Translations under genes and position numbers: made by a program
Sequence record: ON528722
DNA length: 39,308 nt
Source of the DNA: Shigella phage ESh9
Strand: one strand, 5' to 3'
Notes under the pieces: model-generated
Databases searched by the model: none
The model's input: the letters and a program-made list of their open reading frames with translations, nothing else
What the model was told of the DNA's origin: nothing
Part shown: positions 18,382 to 28,095 of the stretch, one piece after another
How positions within the stretch are numbered: the first letter of the stretch is position 1
Layout of the letters: each line of letters opens with the position of its first letter

Positions 18382-20496
18382 TTAGTGGCAGACAGCCCAA
18401 TTCGGCCCCATCTTACCCTCGGTATCTAAACGACAACGGAAAGCCCAATGCTCTCCGACCCAACGCATAGCTTCCTGAGCGGTGTCAATAACAATCTGAG
18501 CGATGTGCTCTGTACGGCAGGCCACCTGAATCTCATCGTGAACCCAAGCCATGTACGCAAAGTCACCATCCCAGCCATGCTTCAAGCCTTTCTCAATGAG
18601 CATCTCTTCGGTCTTGATAATCCACAGCTTACAAATCAGAGCACCAGCAGACTGCAACAATGTGTTGAGCGCTGCGTGTGGAGACCTGACGTGAACCTTG
18701 CGACCATCCAGACCCTTAATCCAACGGCGTTTCCACTGGACTTTCTGCTCACCGCCAATCCAAGCGGAAGACTTAACGAGAGACTGTTGGATAGCTTCTC
18801 GTAGCGCTGCAATCGCCGGGGTGTTCTCTAAGAATTTCTTCTTGAGTTCCTTCCCGCGCTCCTTCCCTGCCCCAACAATCTGACCAATCTTCTCATCTCC
18901 GGCTCCGTAAAGGAACCCGTAAATGAAGGTCTTGGCGTTGTCTCGCGTTGGGAGTTCCGCAGCGTTCTGGTTCTTGGTGTGAATGTCACCGTTGAGAATC
19001 TCATTCGCATACTCTCCGTTGTCGAAGCGAGCCATAAAGTGTGCCAGACAGCGCAACTCTAAGCCGCTGGCGTCTATCCCCGCTTGCACCCACGGCTTGC
19101 CAGTAATCCCATCCAAATGATGTTCAGCACCAAAAGCGCTACGACACTGCTCCCCGTAAGGAGAACGAACGCCGGGTACTTGTGCAAGGTTTGGGAAACT
19201 ATGAGTAGCACGACCAGTAACTGCACCGTTAGGGTTAACGGCTCCATGAATCTTACCATCATCTTGAACATAACGTAACCACGCTTTGTCACCTTCTGCC
19301 GCCTGACCGATACGCTTCTGAATCATCAGGTACTCTTTAATCAAGTCAATGCACGCCTGCTTCTCAGGGTCATCTACTCGTACATGCTCCAAGACCTCAT
19401 CGTCCACCACAGGCGCACCCTTCTCGGTGAACTTCTCAGGAACCCATCCGGCCTCCTGTAGTTTCTTCTGAATGTGGTCACGGCTACTTGGCTTGAACGT
19501 AACGAACTCTACCGGAGTATACGGAGCACCCTCCATGTAGTCCCTCGTGTCCAAGTCGCAAGGTTCAAGACCTTCGCGCTGTGCCTTATTACGAGGCTTC
19601 TTGTACACGCCACCCTGTTTCGGATAGACCACGCGAGGATAACTCGGCAGCGGCTTGCCTGTCCGTGGGTGCTTGAAGAGTTCCTTACCACCTTTCGGTT
19701 GATACCACGAGCCAAACGTTTCGGTTAACTTTCGAAGAAGTTCGGCGCGTTTCGCTGCCAGTTCTACATAAAGTTCCTCAATTGCCTTGGTGTTGAACGG
19801 GAAGCCGTTACGCTCCTGCTTCGCTAACAGCCACGCTGCACGATGTTCAATATCCACAGACTCGCCAGCTTCACGCCAGAATAAATCCGCATCGTACTTC
19901 GTGAAGTCCATACCCGCAGGGAAGTAGTGGAGGTCTGTAAGGAATTTCTCTAAGAGCTTGACAGTGACCACAACGTCTTGAACGTTATACGCCATCATCG
20001 GCTCGTTGAACGAAACCCACTCAGCACCATCAACATATTCTTCGCCCTGCTCTTCTAGCATGGCCTTGAAGTCGTCCTTGTATTCACCCTTCATCTCGCC
20101 CAAGCGATAACCCCATGCCTCAAGAGCGTGAGACCCGAAGCGACGACCGGGTAGTTTCCCGGAACGAAGAAGCCCCATGTCTGTGTCTTTAAGGTTCGCA
20201 TGAAGTAAACGCGAGAGTACCAATGTGTCGATACAATTCTCACGGGGTAACTTGAAGTCACGATTGAGTTGCAGCTTTGCTAGTTTCTCTAAAGCCGGAA
20301 CGTCATACTTGTGACCGTTATGGAAAACAATAAGCCCACCTCGCTTCACCTCGGCTTCCAGCGCATCCAGATACGCCCCGAAGTCGCCCGGACGATAACT
20401 ATGATACTCACCATCACGGTAGTCATAGATAACGCCACAGTGAAACTTGGTGACTTTCTCTAAGAGGTTGTTGGCCTCAATGTCACTTACGAGCAT
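18382..20496 (-). CDS. 5: DNA polymerase gp5 (family A)
   Basis: 704 aa, identical length to T7 gp5; family A polymerase motifs. Confidence 0.95.
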   Translation of the reverse strand: MLVSDIEANNLLEKVTKFHCGVIYDYRDGEYHSYRPGDFGAYLDALEAEVKRGGLIVFHNGHKYDVPALEKLAKLQLNRDFKLPRENCIDTLVLSRLLHANLKDTDMGLLRSGKLPGRRFGSHALEAWGYRLGEMKGEYKDDFKAMLEEQGEEYVDGAEWVSFNEPMMAYNVQDVVVTVKLLEKFLTDLHYFPAGMDFTKYDADLFWREAGESVDIEHRAAWLLAKQERNGFPFNTKAIEELYVELAAKRAELLRKLTETFGSWYQPKGGKELFKHPRTGKPLPSYPRVVYPKQGGVYKKPRNKAQREGLEPCDLDTRDYMEGAPYTPVEFVTFKPSSRDHIQKKLQEAGWVPEKFTEKGAPVVDDEVLEHVRVDDPEKQACIDLIKEYLMIQKRIGQAAEGDKAWLRYVQDDGKIHGAVNPNGAVTGRATHSFPNLAQVPGVRSPYGEQCRSAFGAEHHLDGITGKPWVQAGIDASGLELRCLAHFMARFDNGEYANEILNGDIHTKNQNAAELPTRDNAKTFIYGFLYGAGDEKIGQIVGAGKERGKELKKKFLENTPAIAALREAIQQSLVKSSAWIGGEQKVQWKRRWIKGLDGRKVHVRSPHAALNTLLQSAGALICKLWIIKTEEMLIEKGLKHGWDGDFAYMAWVHDEIQVACRTEHIAQIVIDTAQEAMRWVGEHWAFRCRLDTEGKMGPNWAVCH

Positions 20497-20523
20497 AATG
20501 CCCTCCTTTGGTTTCGTGCTAAA

Positions 20524-20570
20524 TGATAATCATAAAGGCCACCATTGGCGACCTTGAGTTTATCACTTCT
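20524..20570 (-). promoter_or_regulatory. RNase III-type processing hairpin (R4.7 analogue)
   Basis: gataatcataaaggccacc...gaccttgagtttatcactt conserved hairpin module. Confidence 0.55.
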
Positions 20571-20847
20571 CGATAATCTCTTGCATACCAGCTCCGAACT
20601 CTACCAGACGCTCACGATTATCACCGACCACCTTGTCAGCAGCCATCGTCAGGGCACCCATCAGGCGACCGACCTGCTTGTCATCCAAGGTCATGCGTTG
20701 AGTGTGTGCTTTCGGAGACTTGTGGTCTTTCCAGCGGTAGACCATCGTGACCTTCTCACCACGCACATTGATGTGTACTCGGCGGGAGAACTGGTCAGCG
20801 GTGTCTGGCAGACGGATGGTGTTTGCGTGGGTGATTGACTTGCTCAT
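20563..20847 (-). CDS. 4.5: gp4.5
   Basis: ATG at 20847 with SD AAGGAG; track ORF begins at an upstream TTG. Confidence 0.65.
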   Translation of the reverse strand: MSKSITHANTIRLPDTADQFSRRVHINVRGEKVTMVYRWKDHKSPKAHTQRMTLDDKQVGRLMGALTMAADKVVGDNRERLVEFGAGMQEIIEK

Positions 20848-20857
20848 AGGGCGCTCC

Positions 20858-21070
20858 TTACTCAAAGAATTTGCTCATGGATTGTGCTTTGGCTGCAATC
20901 GCTGCCGACTTGTGGATGCCACTAACAGCCGCATCGGATTTCTCACGGGACTGTTTCGCCAACTCAATGGCTCGCTGTGAATCAGCTTTGGCTTTCTTGT
21001 CCAGCTTCTTGGCTTCGATGAAGTACAGTTTAACTACCAGCTTACCTAAAGCGTTAATGAATTTAAACAT
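20858..21070 (-). CDS. 4.3: gp4.3
   Basis: 70 aa from ATG at 21070; MFKFINALGKLVVKLYFIEAKKL...SKFFE matches T7 gp4.3. Confidence 0.7.
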   Translation of the reverse strand: MFKFINALGKLVVKLYFIEAKKLDKKAKADSQRAIELAKQSREKSDAAVSGIHKSAAIAAKAQSMSKFFE

Positions 21071-21096
21071 GATGTGTCTCCTGTGGTTCAATGGTT

Positions 21097-21117
21097 GTTC
21101 CCGTTAGTGAGGGTTAA

Positions 21118-21120
<3 letters not shown>
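21097..21120 (-). promoter_or_regulatory. T3-type promoter (phi4.3)
   Basis: Reverse complement TAATTAACCCTCACTAACGGGAAC. Confidence 0.65.
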
Positions 21121-22888
<1,768 letters not shown>

Positions 22889-22922
22889 TCAATAGTGCGA
22901 ACAAAGGGACAACGTTATGTCA

Positions 22923-22946
22923 TCCCTTTAGTGAGTGTTAATTACT
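22923..22946 (-). promoter_or_regulatory. T3-type promoter variant upstream of gene 4
   Basis: Reverse complement GTAATTAACACTCACTAAAGGGA. Confidence 0.55.
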
Positions 22947-23049
22947 TATCGGTGTGTTCCTCAGCCTTTATCGGGTCTTTGCACTGACACTGACGTGATG
23001 GTACGCGACTCTTCAACGGCTTATCACAGCGAATACAAATCATCCTCAT
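22942..23049 (-). CDS. Small Cys-rich peptide (35 aa), possible zinc ribbon
   Basis: ATG at 23049 after SD GAGGGTG; MRMICIRCDKPLKSRVPSRQCQCKDPIKAEEHTDK. Confidence 0.4.
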   Translation of the reverse strand: MRMICIRCDKPLKSRVPSRQCQCKDPIKAEEHTDK

Positions 23050-23053
23050 GGTA

Positions 23054-23509
23054 TCACCCTCGGTCAGATGTAACCAGTTCGTTCTTCTCCCACCAGCGCT
23101 TCAAGTCGAAGGACGGGCAGGCTTTTGGTGCAACGTCATGGTGAGCACGAAGGATTGAACCCTCATACTTCGCCAGCAGCGTTACCAGCAGACTACGCAG
23201 CGCTTGCATTTGCGCAGGTGTAAAGTTGGCGTCGAACTTGCCTTTATCATCAATCCCACCCACGAGGCATACGCCTACGGAGTTGTGGTTGTAACCTTTC
23301 ACGTGGGAACCTACAGCCAGTTCATCGCGGCCTGCTTCCACAGTGCCATCACGCTTGATGATGAAGTGATATCCTACGTCTAACCAGCCCTGCTCTTTAT
23401 GCCACTGACGAATCTCACGAACGCCAATGTTCTGGCTTGGCTTGGTTGCTGAGCAATGCACAAAGATTGCCTCCGTGGTTGCTCGTGGTTTGAATTGAAC
23501 TTTAGCCAT
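23054..23509 (-). CDS. 3.5: Lysozyme / N-acetylmuramoyl-L-alanine amidase gp3.5
   Basis: 151 aa; MAKVQFKPRATTEAIFVHCSATKP... matches T7 lysozyme. Confidence 0.95.
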   Translation of the reverse strand: MAKVQFKPRATTEAIFVHCSATKPSQNIGVREIRQWHKEQGWLDVGYHFIIKRDGTVEAGRDELAVGSHVKGYNHNSVGVCLVGGIDDKGKFDANFTPAQMQALRSLLVTLLAKYEGSILRAHHDVAPKACPSFDLKRWWEKNELVTSDRG

Positions 23510-23960
23510 TTACTTTTTTCTCCTTTACACGAATTAGTTTCTCCCACGGTACGTCCCGCTTAGGCTCCTTGAGCCACTCGACGGGTATCAGTTTGTCGGC
23601 AAAGAGAATCCCTTTCTTCTCGCAGAACTCGGCGTAAGAAGTTGGAGACCCTTTGTAGATTTTGGTACGACTCGAAGAGAACACCAGACGAATGTCCAGT
23701 TCAGGATACTGCTCACGGATTAGCAAGTGCTTCTTCCGGTCATCAGATTCCCACAGTCCCTTGGTCTCGACAATGATTCCATTGGGTAAAATAAAATCTG
23801 GTCGGTACGTGTGATTACTGGCTGGTATAACATACGGAATCTTCCACATTTCATATTCAGCTTTTACCCCACGAGCCTCCAGTTGTTTGTGGACTTTATC
23901 TTCAAGTCCAGAACGGAAGGAACCTACTTTTCGGATTCCTTTTGCGCCGTAGCCTGCCAT
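23502..23960 (-). CDS. 3: Endonuclease I (Holliday junction resolvase) gp3
   Basis: MAGYGAKGIRKVGSFRSGLEDKV...PDFILPNGIIVETKGLWESDDRKKHLL matches T7 gp3. Confidence 0.95.
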   Translation of the reverse strand: MAGYGAKGIRKVGSFRSGLEDKVHKQLEARGVKAEYEMWKIPYVIPASNHTYRPDFILPNGIIVETKGLWESDDRKKHLLIREQYPELDIRLVFSSSRTKIYKGSPTSYAEFCEKKGILFADKLIPVEWLKEPKRDVPWEKLIRVKEKKVNG

Positions 23961-24394
23961 TGTTTCTTCCTCCAGTTTATAGCCTGCGGCGATACTCCAA
24001 ACTCGTTGGCTAACTCGCGGCTACTCTTGGTGGAGTTCACAATGTAGGCTACCTGTTCATCGGTCAGCTTAGTCTTGTGATTGTGTACACCTCTCGCTAC
24101 TGGTGGCGCGGATAAACGACCACGCTTCTTACAGTCCTGCATGTTGTCTGCCTGAGTCCCAACTTCTAGGTGCTCAGGGTTAACACAGCAAGGGTTATCA
24201 CACTTATGTCTAATGACAAGACCTTCGGAAATTGGCCCATTGAAGACGAAGTATGATACCCTGTGCGCATATGCTTGACGCTGGCGACCTATGGATATTA
24301 AACCATAACCCTTCCCAGCAGTGGCTCGCTGCCACTCCCAGCAACCAGAGGGAGACACCTTAGAGTAAGCCTCCAGTTTCTCCCGCAGGTTCAT
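23924..24394 (-). CDS. HNH-family endonuclease with C-terminal helix-turn-helix
   Basis: AYAHRVSYFVFNGPISEGLVIRHKCDNPCCVNPEHLEVGTQADN is a classic HNH motif; 3' end overlaps the gene 3 start by 37 nt. Confidence 0.8.
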   Translation of the reverse strand: MNLREKLEAYSKVSPSGCWEWQRATAGKGYGLISIGRQRQAYAHRVSYFVFNGPISEGLVIRHKCDNPCCVNPEHLEVGTQADNMQDCKKRGRLSAPPVARGVHNHKTKLTDEQVAYIVNSTKSSRELANEFGVSPQAINWRKKQWQATAQKESEK

Positions 24395-24397
24395 GGT

Positions 24398-25096
24398 TTA
24401 AAAATCCTCGTCCTCATCCGGGGTTTCTTCGTGCTCGTCTTCCTGCCACTCCTGCTCATCGCGGGACTGACGGGATTCACTCGCAGTGTAACCACCATCT
24501 TCGACTTCATCGGCCCACTCATCTTCACCGCCACCACCGAAGGTAGCCAGTTCGACCAGCATCACGGACTCCAGTTGCAGCTTGACGCTTGCGCCCACAG
24601 CGGTGTTCCACTTGTAAGGCACCAGAGAGTATTTCACTTTCAGCTTCGAGCCACCACCGATAATCGGAACTTCCTGAATCTTCTTACCTTTGCTATCGAC
24701 AACGACCAGATTGATGTGTTTGGTCTCTTTTGTCTTCTTATCTTGGAAAGACGCATAGCATTTGAACTTGAAGGTAGTCGTACCGTCACCGTTATCGAAG
24801 AACGGCATGTCGCCCTCGTAAGGTTTCAGCGGCTTCTTACCACGCTGTACCTGCGGCGGGTTAGTTTCGAACTCTTCCACGGCAGCAGCATAAGCCTCTT
24901 CGTGAGTCTTCACGATTTCATCGACCATCGCCTGACAGCGCGGGTCTTTATTGGAAAGAGTCAGGTCTACCTTATAGACACCACGAGGGTTGCCGAAGCC
25001 ACGCTCTTCGTTGCCATAATCCGGCTTACTCAGGTAAGCATAAGGCTCAGCAGTGCCAAGACCAGAGGTGTAGATTTTCTTCTTGAAACCAGCCAT
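24398..25096 (-). CDS. 2.5: Single-stranded DNA-binding protein gp2.5
   Basis: 232 aa, identical length to T7 gp2.5; acidic C-terminal tail ending DEDEDF. Confidence 0.95.
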   Translation of the reverse strand: MAGFKKKIYTSGLGTAEPYAYLSKPDYGNEERGFGNPRGVYKVDLTLSNKDPRCQAMVDEIVKTHEEAYAAAVEEFETNPPQVQRGKKPLKPYEGDMPFFDNGDGTTTFKFKCYASFQDKKTKETKHINLVVVDSKGKKIQEVPIIGGGSKLKVKYSLVPYKWNTAVGASVKLQLESVMLVELATFGGGGEDEWADEVEDGGYTASESRQSRDEQEWQEDEHEETPDEDEDF

Positions 25097-25128
25097 AATA
25101 TTTCTCCTTTGTGGTTAATGATTGGGTT

Positions 25129-25152
25129 GTTCCCTTTAGTGAGGGTAATTAG
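25129..25152 (-). promoter_or_regulatory. T3-type promoter (phi2.5)
   Basis: Reverse complement AATTACCCTCACTAAAGGGAAC. Confidence 0.7.
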
Positions 25153-25385
25153 GCTTTCACTTCTGGACGGATGCGAGTCACTACGAACCCTGCGTCCTCG
25201 TAATGTTCAGCCTGTAGCGTTGCCTCTTCGAGAGACCGGGCGAATACCGGAATCTCAAAGGACTCGGTGTTACCTTCCATTGTCAGAAGGTATTTCTGTT
25301 CTGAGTACATGCAGCGATTTGCACAGGAGTGGTTCTCCATCCCTACGTCCTTCGCGTACTGGCACCCGTTGTTACACTGGCTCAT
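25149..25385 (-). CDS. 2: Host RNA polymerase inhibitor gp2 with Cys-rich N-terminal extension
   Basis: C-terminal [35 protein letters not shown] matches T7 gp2; ATG overlaps the 1.8 stop (ATGA). Confidence 0.8.
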   Translation of the reverse strand: MSQCNNGCQYAKDVGMENHSCANRCMYSEQKYLLTMEGNTESFEIPVFARSLEEATLQAEHYEDAGFVVTRIRPEVKA

Positions 25386-25519
25386 TTATTGGCCTCCTTA
25401 AAGCGCCGCTCCCACAGCGTGTACAGTTGTTGGTAAGCGTCAGCAGCCGCCTTGTCACCATCCTCAATAGCTTGGTTCCACTTAGCGGCACACCAATCGC
25501 AGCATTCACGAAGCGTCAT
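25382..25519 (-). CDS. 1.8: gp1.8-like small protein
   Basis: 45 aa from an internal ATG; position as T7 gene 1.8. Confidence 0.5.
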   Translation of the reverse strand: MTLRECCDWCAAKWNQAIEDGDKAAADAYQQLYTLWERRFKEANK

Positions 25520-26045
25520 AGCACAGCCCCTTATGTTTGTCAAAGAGTTCCTGATAGAATGCAGCTTTATTGAGGTCTTTCTCCATAGTTGCCAGTTCGG
25601 ATTTCTTGCCAGCACGCAGACGGTACTTCAAAATATTCCCTAAGCAGTACCCACGGAACGCCTCGACGGTCATTGACCGGGCGATAACCTCAATGGCTTC
25701 TACGTTGTCGAACAGCATATAGTGGTTCGGATGGGTAACGTCAGACTTCGCCGGGGCTTCCACCTTCGGGGTCTGGACACCAACGGAGCCTCCAGCTTTC
25801 GGTAGCGGTACGAGGCTGTGAGGGTACACCTCGGCAGTCCCATCACCAAACCGCGCCTGCACTCGTCCAGTGTGGGAGTGTCCTGTTACGATACCACTCA
25901 TCCCTTTCAGTCGGCTCATTTGACCAACGTAGCGAACCGCAGAGTTAACCGGGTAGAGTTCATTCAGTTTGTTCGCACGGTCGGCACCACAATCGCAGGC
26001 ACCAAAGGAAAGCAGCGAACGGCAGTGGTCTTTATGAGTAAACAT
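25506..26045 (-). CDS. 1.7: gp1.7 (nucleotide kinase family by position)
   Basis: Start chosen at the ATG preceded by SD AAGGAGGT; size close to T7 gp1.7. Confidence 0.7.
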   Translation of the reverse strand: MFTHKDHCRSLLSFGACDCGADRANKLNELYPVNSAVRYVGQMSRLKGMSGIVTGHSHTGRVQARFGDGTAEVYPHSLVPLPKAGGSVGVQTPKVEAPAKSDVTHPNHYMLFDNVEAIEVIARSMTVEAFRGYCLGNILKYRLRAGKKSELATMEKDLNKAAFYQELFDKHKGLCYDAS

Positions 26046-26302
26046 TACAGTACCTCCTTGACCCATTTAAAGAACAGACGGATGCGAGGCCAGTAAGTGA
26101 CCACGGCTTCCAGATGCGGGCGCTCTTTGTTCATCGCCTTGATGAACTCTCCACGAGTTATCAGTAGGTGAACACGCGGCGACAATGGGACTACCGAACC
26201 AATCAGCGGCAGCTTGGCGTTTCGCTCAGAGGCCACTGCGGTAGAGCGGTCTTCACGGCGAACCGAAAAGATACCATTTGATGTGTTGAAGTGTAAACGC
26301 AT
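26045..26302 (-). CDS. 1.6: gp1.6
   Basis: 85 aa with SD AAGGAGA; position as T7 gene 1.6. Confidence 0.65.
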   Translation of the reverse strand: MRLHFNTSNGIFSVRREDRSTAVASERNAKLPLIGSVVPLSPRVHLLITRGEFIKAMNKERPHLEAVVTYWPRIRLFFKWVKEVL

Positions 26303-26314
26303 GATGTTGTCTCC

Positions 26315-26392
26315 TTAACAATCAGGCCAAATGTTGTCGTCGGCAACCATTAATCCAAGCGTTGCGACGATAGCGAATAGGATAAGCCACAT
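26315..26392 (-). CDS. Possible 25-aa hydrophobic peptide (gp1.5-like)
   Basis: ATG at 26392; MWLILFAIVATLGLMVADDNIWPDC; small and weakly supported. Confidence 0.3.
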   Translation of the reverse strand: MWLILFAIVATLGLMVADDNIWPDC

Positions 26393-26402
26393 GGTGTGTG
26401 TC

Positions 26403-26425
26403 TCCTGTTAGTGAGGGTTAATTCC
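26403..26425 (-). promoter_or_regulatory. T3-type promoter variant just downstream of TE
   Basis: Reverse complement GGAATTAACCCTCACTAACAGGA. Confidence 0.6.
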
Positions 26426-26432
26426 CCGGAAC

Positions 26433-26463
26433 GCAGAAAGGCCCACCCGTGAAGGTGAGCCAG
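26433..26463 (-). terminator. Early terminator TE for host RNA polymerase
   Basis: Reverse complement CACTGGCTCACCTTCACGGGTGGGCCTTTCTGCG, near-identical to the recalled T7 TE hairpin; sits right after the ligase gene. Confidence 0.8.
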
Positions 26464-26471
26464 TGAGTTGG

Positions 26472-27503
26472 TTACATTTTCTCTTGAGGGTTGTCCTCGG
26501 TGCCTCGGAACTTCTCGAAGCTAGGGTGACGCAGGGAGCCGTCCGGGGTCGCTTCCATGTAGTTAACTTGGCAGGCCCACCCGTTGTAGTAATCCTCGCC
26601 ATGTTCTTTAACATTCGCGGTAAACTCATCCATCAATGCGCGAGAGATGTTGTTGGCGTCAACTAGACGACCAGTCTCAAGAAGCACAGAGAATCCGATT
26701 ACCTTACCGTCATTCGCAAGACCCGGCGTACCCCAATTGACACCCTGAATGATGCCATCGGCTTCACATTCTGGTTTGAGTTTGAACCAGCCAGACTTTT
26801 TGCCTCGCTTGTAGATGCCCTGCGGGTCTTTCACAATGAGACCCTCGTGACCTTCGGCACGCTTCTCTTCGTACAGTTCAGTCAGCGAATCCATATCGTA
26901 GACCTCGTAGGTCTCAGCGATAAGCCACTCGATTTCCGGGAAGTATTCAACCAGAAGAGAGCGCATGGCTTCCACATGATACGGCATCAGCAGGTTCTGT
27001 ACATCGTAGTCCTCGCCAGACTCCGCAATGTGAATCGGCATGACAGCATACAGGCGAACATTGAGTAGCTTGGGGTCTAACTCAAAGGCTACTTTGGAAC
27101 CTTTCAGCGGCTCAACACCACCACGGTCAAACATGAAGTTGTTCTTCTTGAGCCACTTGGTTCTCAGTAGGCCAGACCCTGTGTTGAAGTCTACGCCCTT
27201 GACCATCAGTTCGCCATCCAGCATGAAGCCATCAGGGAAAATGCAGCGGTCATCGTTCAGTAGTTGCTGCCAGCGCTTATCGAATCCGTTCAGGTGTTCC
27301 AGCGCCGGGATGAACTTCGACACACGGGACAGCCATGCTGCCTCAGCCACGTTGTCAACCACAATATTACCGCGCACGCCATCATACTTAATGTCCGCAA
27401 TCAGGTAGCCGGAGGTCTCCAGCGCTTTCTTAACAGCAGACTCTACGAATGACACAGCTTTGAATGGGTTGGTCTTGAAGATGTTCATACGGTTGTTCCT
27501 CAT
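26472..27503 (-). CDS. 1.3: ATP-dependent DNA ligase gp1.3
   Basis: 343 aa; adenylation motif KYDGVRG; synteny. Confidence 0.95.
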   Translation of the reverse strand: MRNNRMNIFKTNPFKAVSFVESAVKKALETSGYLIADIKYDGVRGNIVVDNVAEAAWLSRVSKFIPALEHLNGFDKRWQQLLNDDRCIFPDGFMLDGELMVKGVDFNTGSGLLRTKWLKKNNFMFDRGGVEPLKGSKVAFELDPKLLNVRLYAVMPIHIAESGEDYDVQNLLMPYHVEAMRSLLVEYFPEIEWLIAETYEVYDMDSLTELYEEKRAEGHEGLIVKDPQGIYKRGKKSGWFKLKPECEADGIIQGVNWGTPGLANDGKVIGFSVLLETGRLVDANNISRALMDEFTANVKEHGEDYYNGWACQVNYMEATPDGSLRHPSFEKFRGTEDNPQEKM

Positions 27504-27509
27504 TGGTTG

Positions 27510-27560
27510 AAAGTTAATCAGTTCGAATCACAAAGGCCACCAATTAAGATGACCTTGAGG
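27510..27560 (-). promoter_or_regulatory. RNase III-type processing hairpin (R1.3 analogue)
   Basis: gaaagttaatca...caaaggccacc...gaccttgag module. Confidence 0.55.
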
Positions 27561-27562
27561 AT

Positions 27563-27586
27563 TCTCCTGTTAGTGAGGGTTATTAC
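27563..27586 (-). promoter_or_regulatory. T3-type promoter variant (phi1.3)
   Basis: Reverse complement GTAATAACCCTCACTAACAGGAGA. Confidence 0.6.
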
Positions 27587-27858
27587 TTCCAGTGTTTCAA
27601 ATCGCTGTGAACCTTACGGAGCCATGCAGTCTGCGCGTTGATTTGTACATCGCTGTCGCTATGCTCGAAGGTTCTGGATGCCACCAGATGCCCGGAGCGT
27701 GTGAACACACGGAGAACCTCACCGCATGACCTGCACATCTTCGCTGGGTTTTCGTAGCTGAATGACTCCATCTTCACGGTCACGTCATGGTCTTCCTGTA
27801 GACGCGCTACCGCATCTTTGTAATCGTTCAGGTTGCCGCTATAAATACGTCCCATCAT
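27583..27858 (-). CDS. 1.2: gp1.2 (dGTPase inhibitor family)
   Basis: MMGRIYSGNLNDYKDA...LKHWK matches T7 gp1.2 (MGRLYSGNL...DWK); ATG overlaps the 1.1 stop. Confidence 0.85.
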   Translation of the reverse strand: MMGRIYSGNLNDYKDAVARLQEDHDVTVKMESFSYENPAKMCRSCGEVLRVFTRSGHLVASRTFEHSDSDVQINAQTAWLRKVHSDLKHWK

Positions 27859-27998
27859 CAGTTCCACTCCCGTTTCTGTGAGTTACCGCGCTGTTGCTTG
27901 TGGCGTTTCTTCATGCGGTCACGGCGCTCTTGCCACTGTTCGCCATGCTCGTTGACCACTGAATCGCGCTTGGTAAATTTCTCAAAGTTGGTACGCAT
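27858..27998 (-). CDS. 1.1: gp1.1 small basic protein (46 aa)
   Basis: ATG at 27998; MRTNFEKFTKRDSVVNEHGEQWQERRDRMKKRHKQQRGNSQKREWN resembles T7 gp1.1. Confidence 0.7.
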   Translation of the reverse strand: MRTNFEKFTKRDSVVNEHGEQWQERRDRMKKRHKQQRGNSQKREWN

Positions 27999-28023
27999 AG
28001 TATCTTACCTCATGTTGATGTGT

Positions 28024-28066
28024 ATTGAAAGTTAATCACAAAGGCCACCCGAAGATGACCTTGAGT
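28024..28066 (-). promoter_or_regulatory. RNase III-type processing hairpin (R1.1 analogue)
   Basis: gaaagttaatcacaaaggccacc...gaccttgag module, duplicated at 27510-27560. Confidence 0.55.
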
Positions 28067-28070
28067 CTAA

Positions 28071-28095
28071 CTCTCCCGTTAGTGAGGGTTAATTG
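28071..28095 (-). promoter_or_regulatory. T3-type promoter (phi1.1)
   Basis: Reverse complement CAATTAACCCTCACTAACGGGAGAG. Confidence 0.65.

Noticed and set aside
24431-25573. 380-aa plus-strand ORF
   Set aside because: Antisense to the SSB, gp2 and 1.8 genes and crosses a phage promoter; no SD, no recognisable domain.
26408-26629. 73-aa minus-strand ORF
   Set aside because: Overlaps the ligase 3' end in another frame and runs through the TE terminator and a promoter; no SD.
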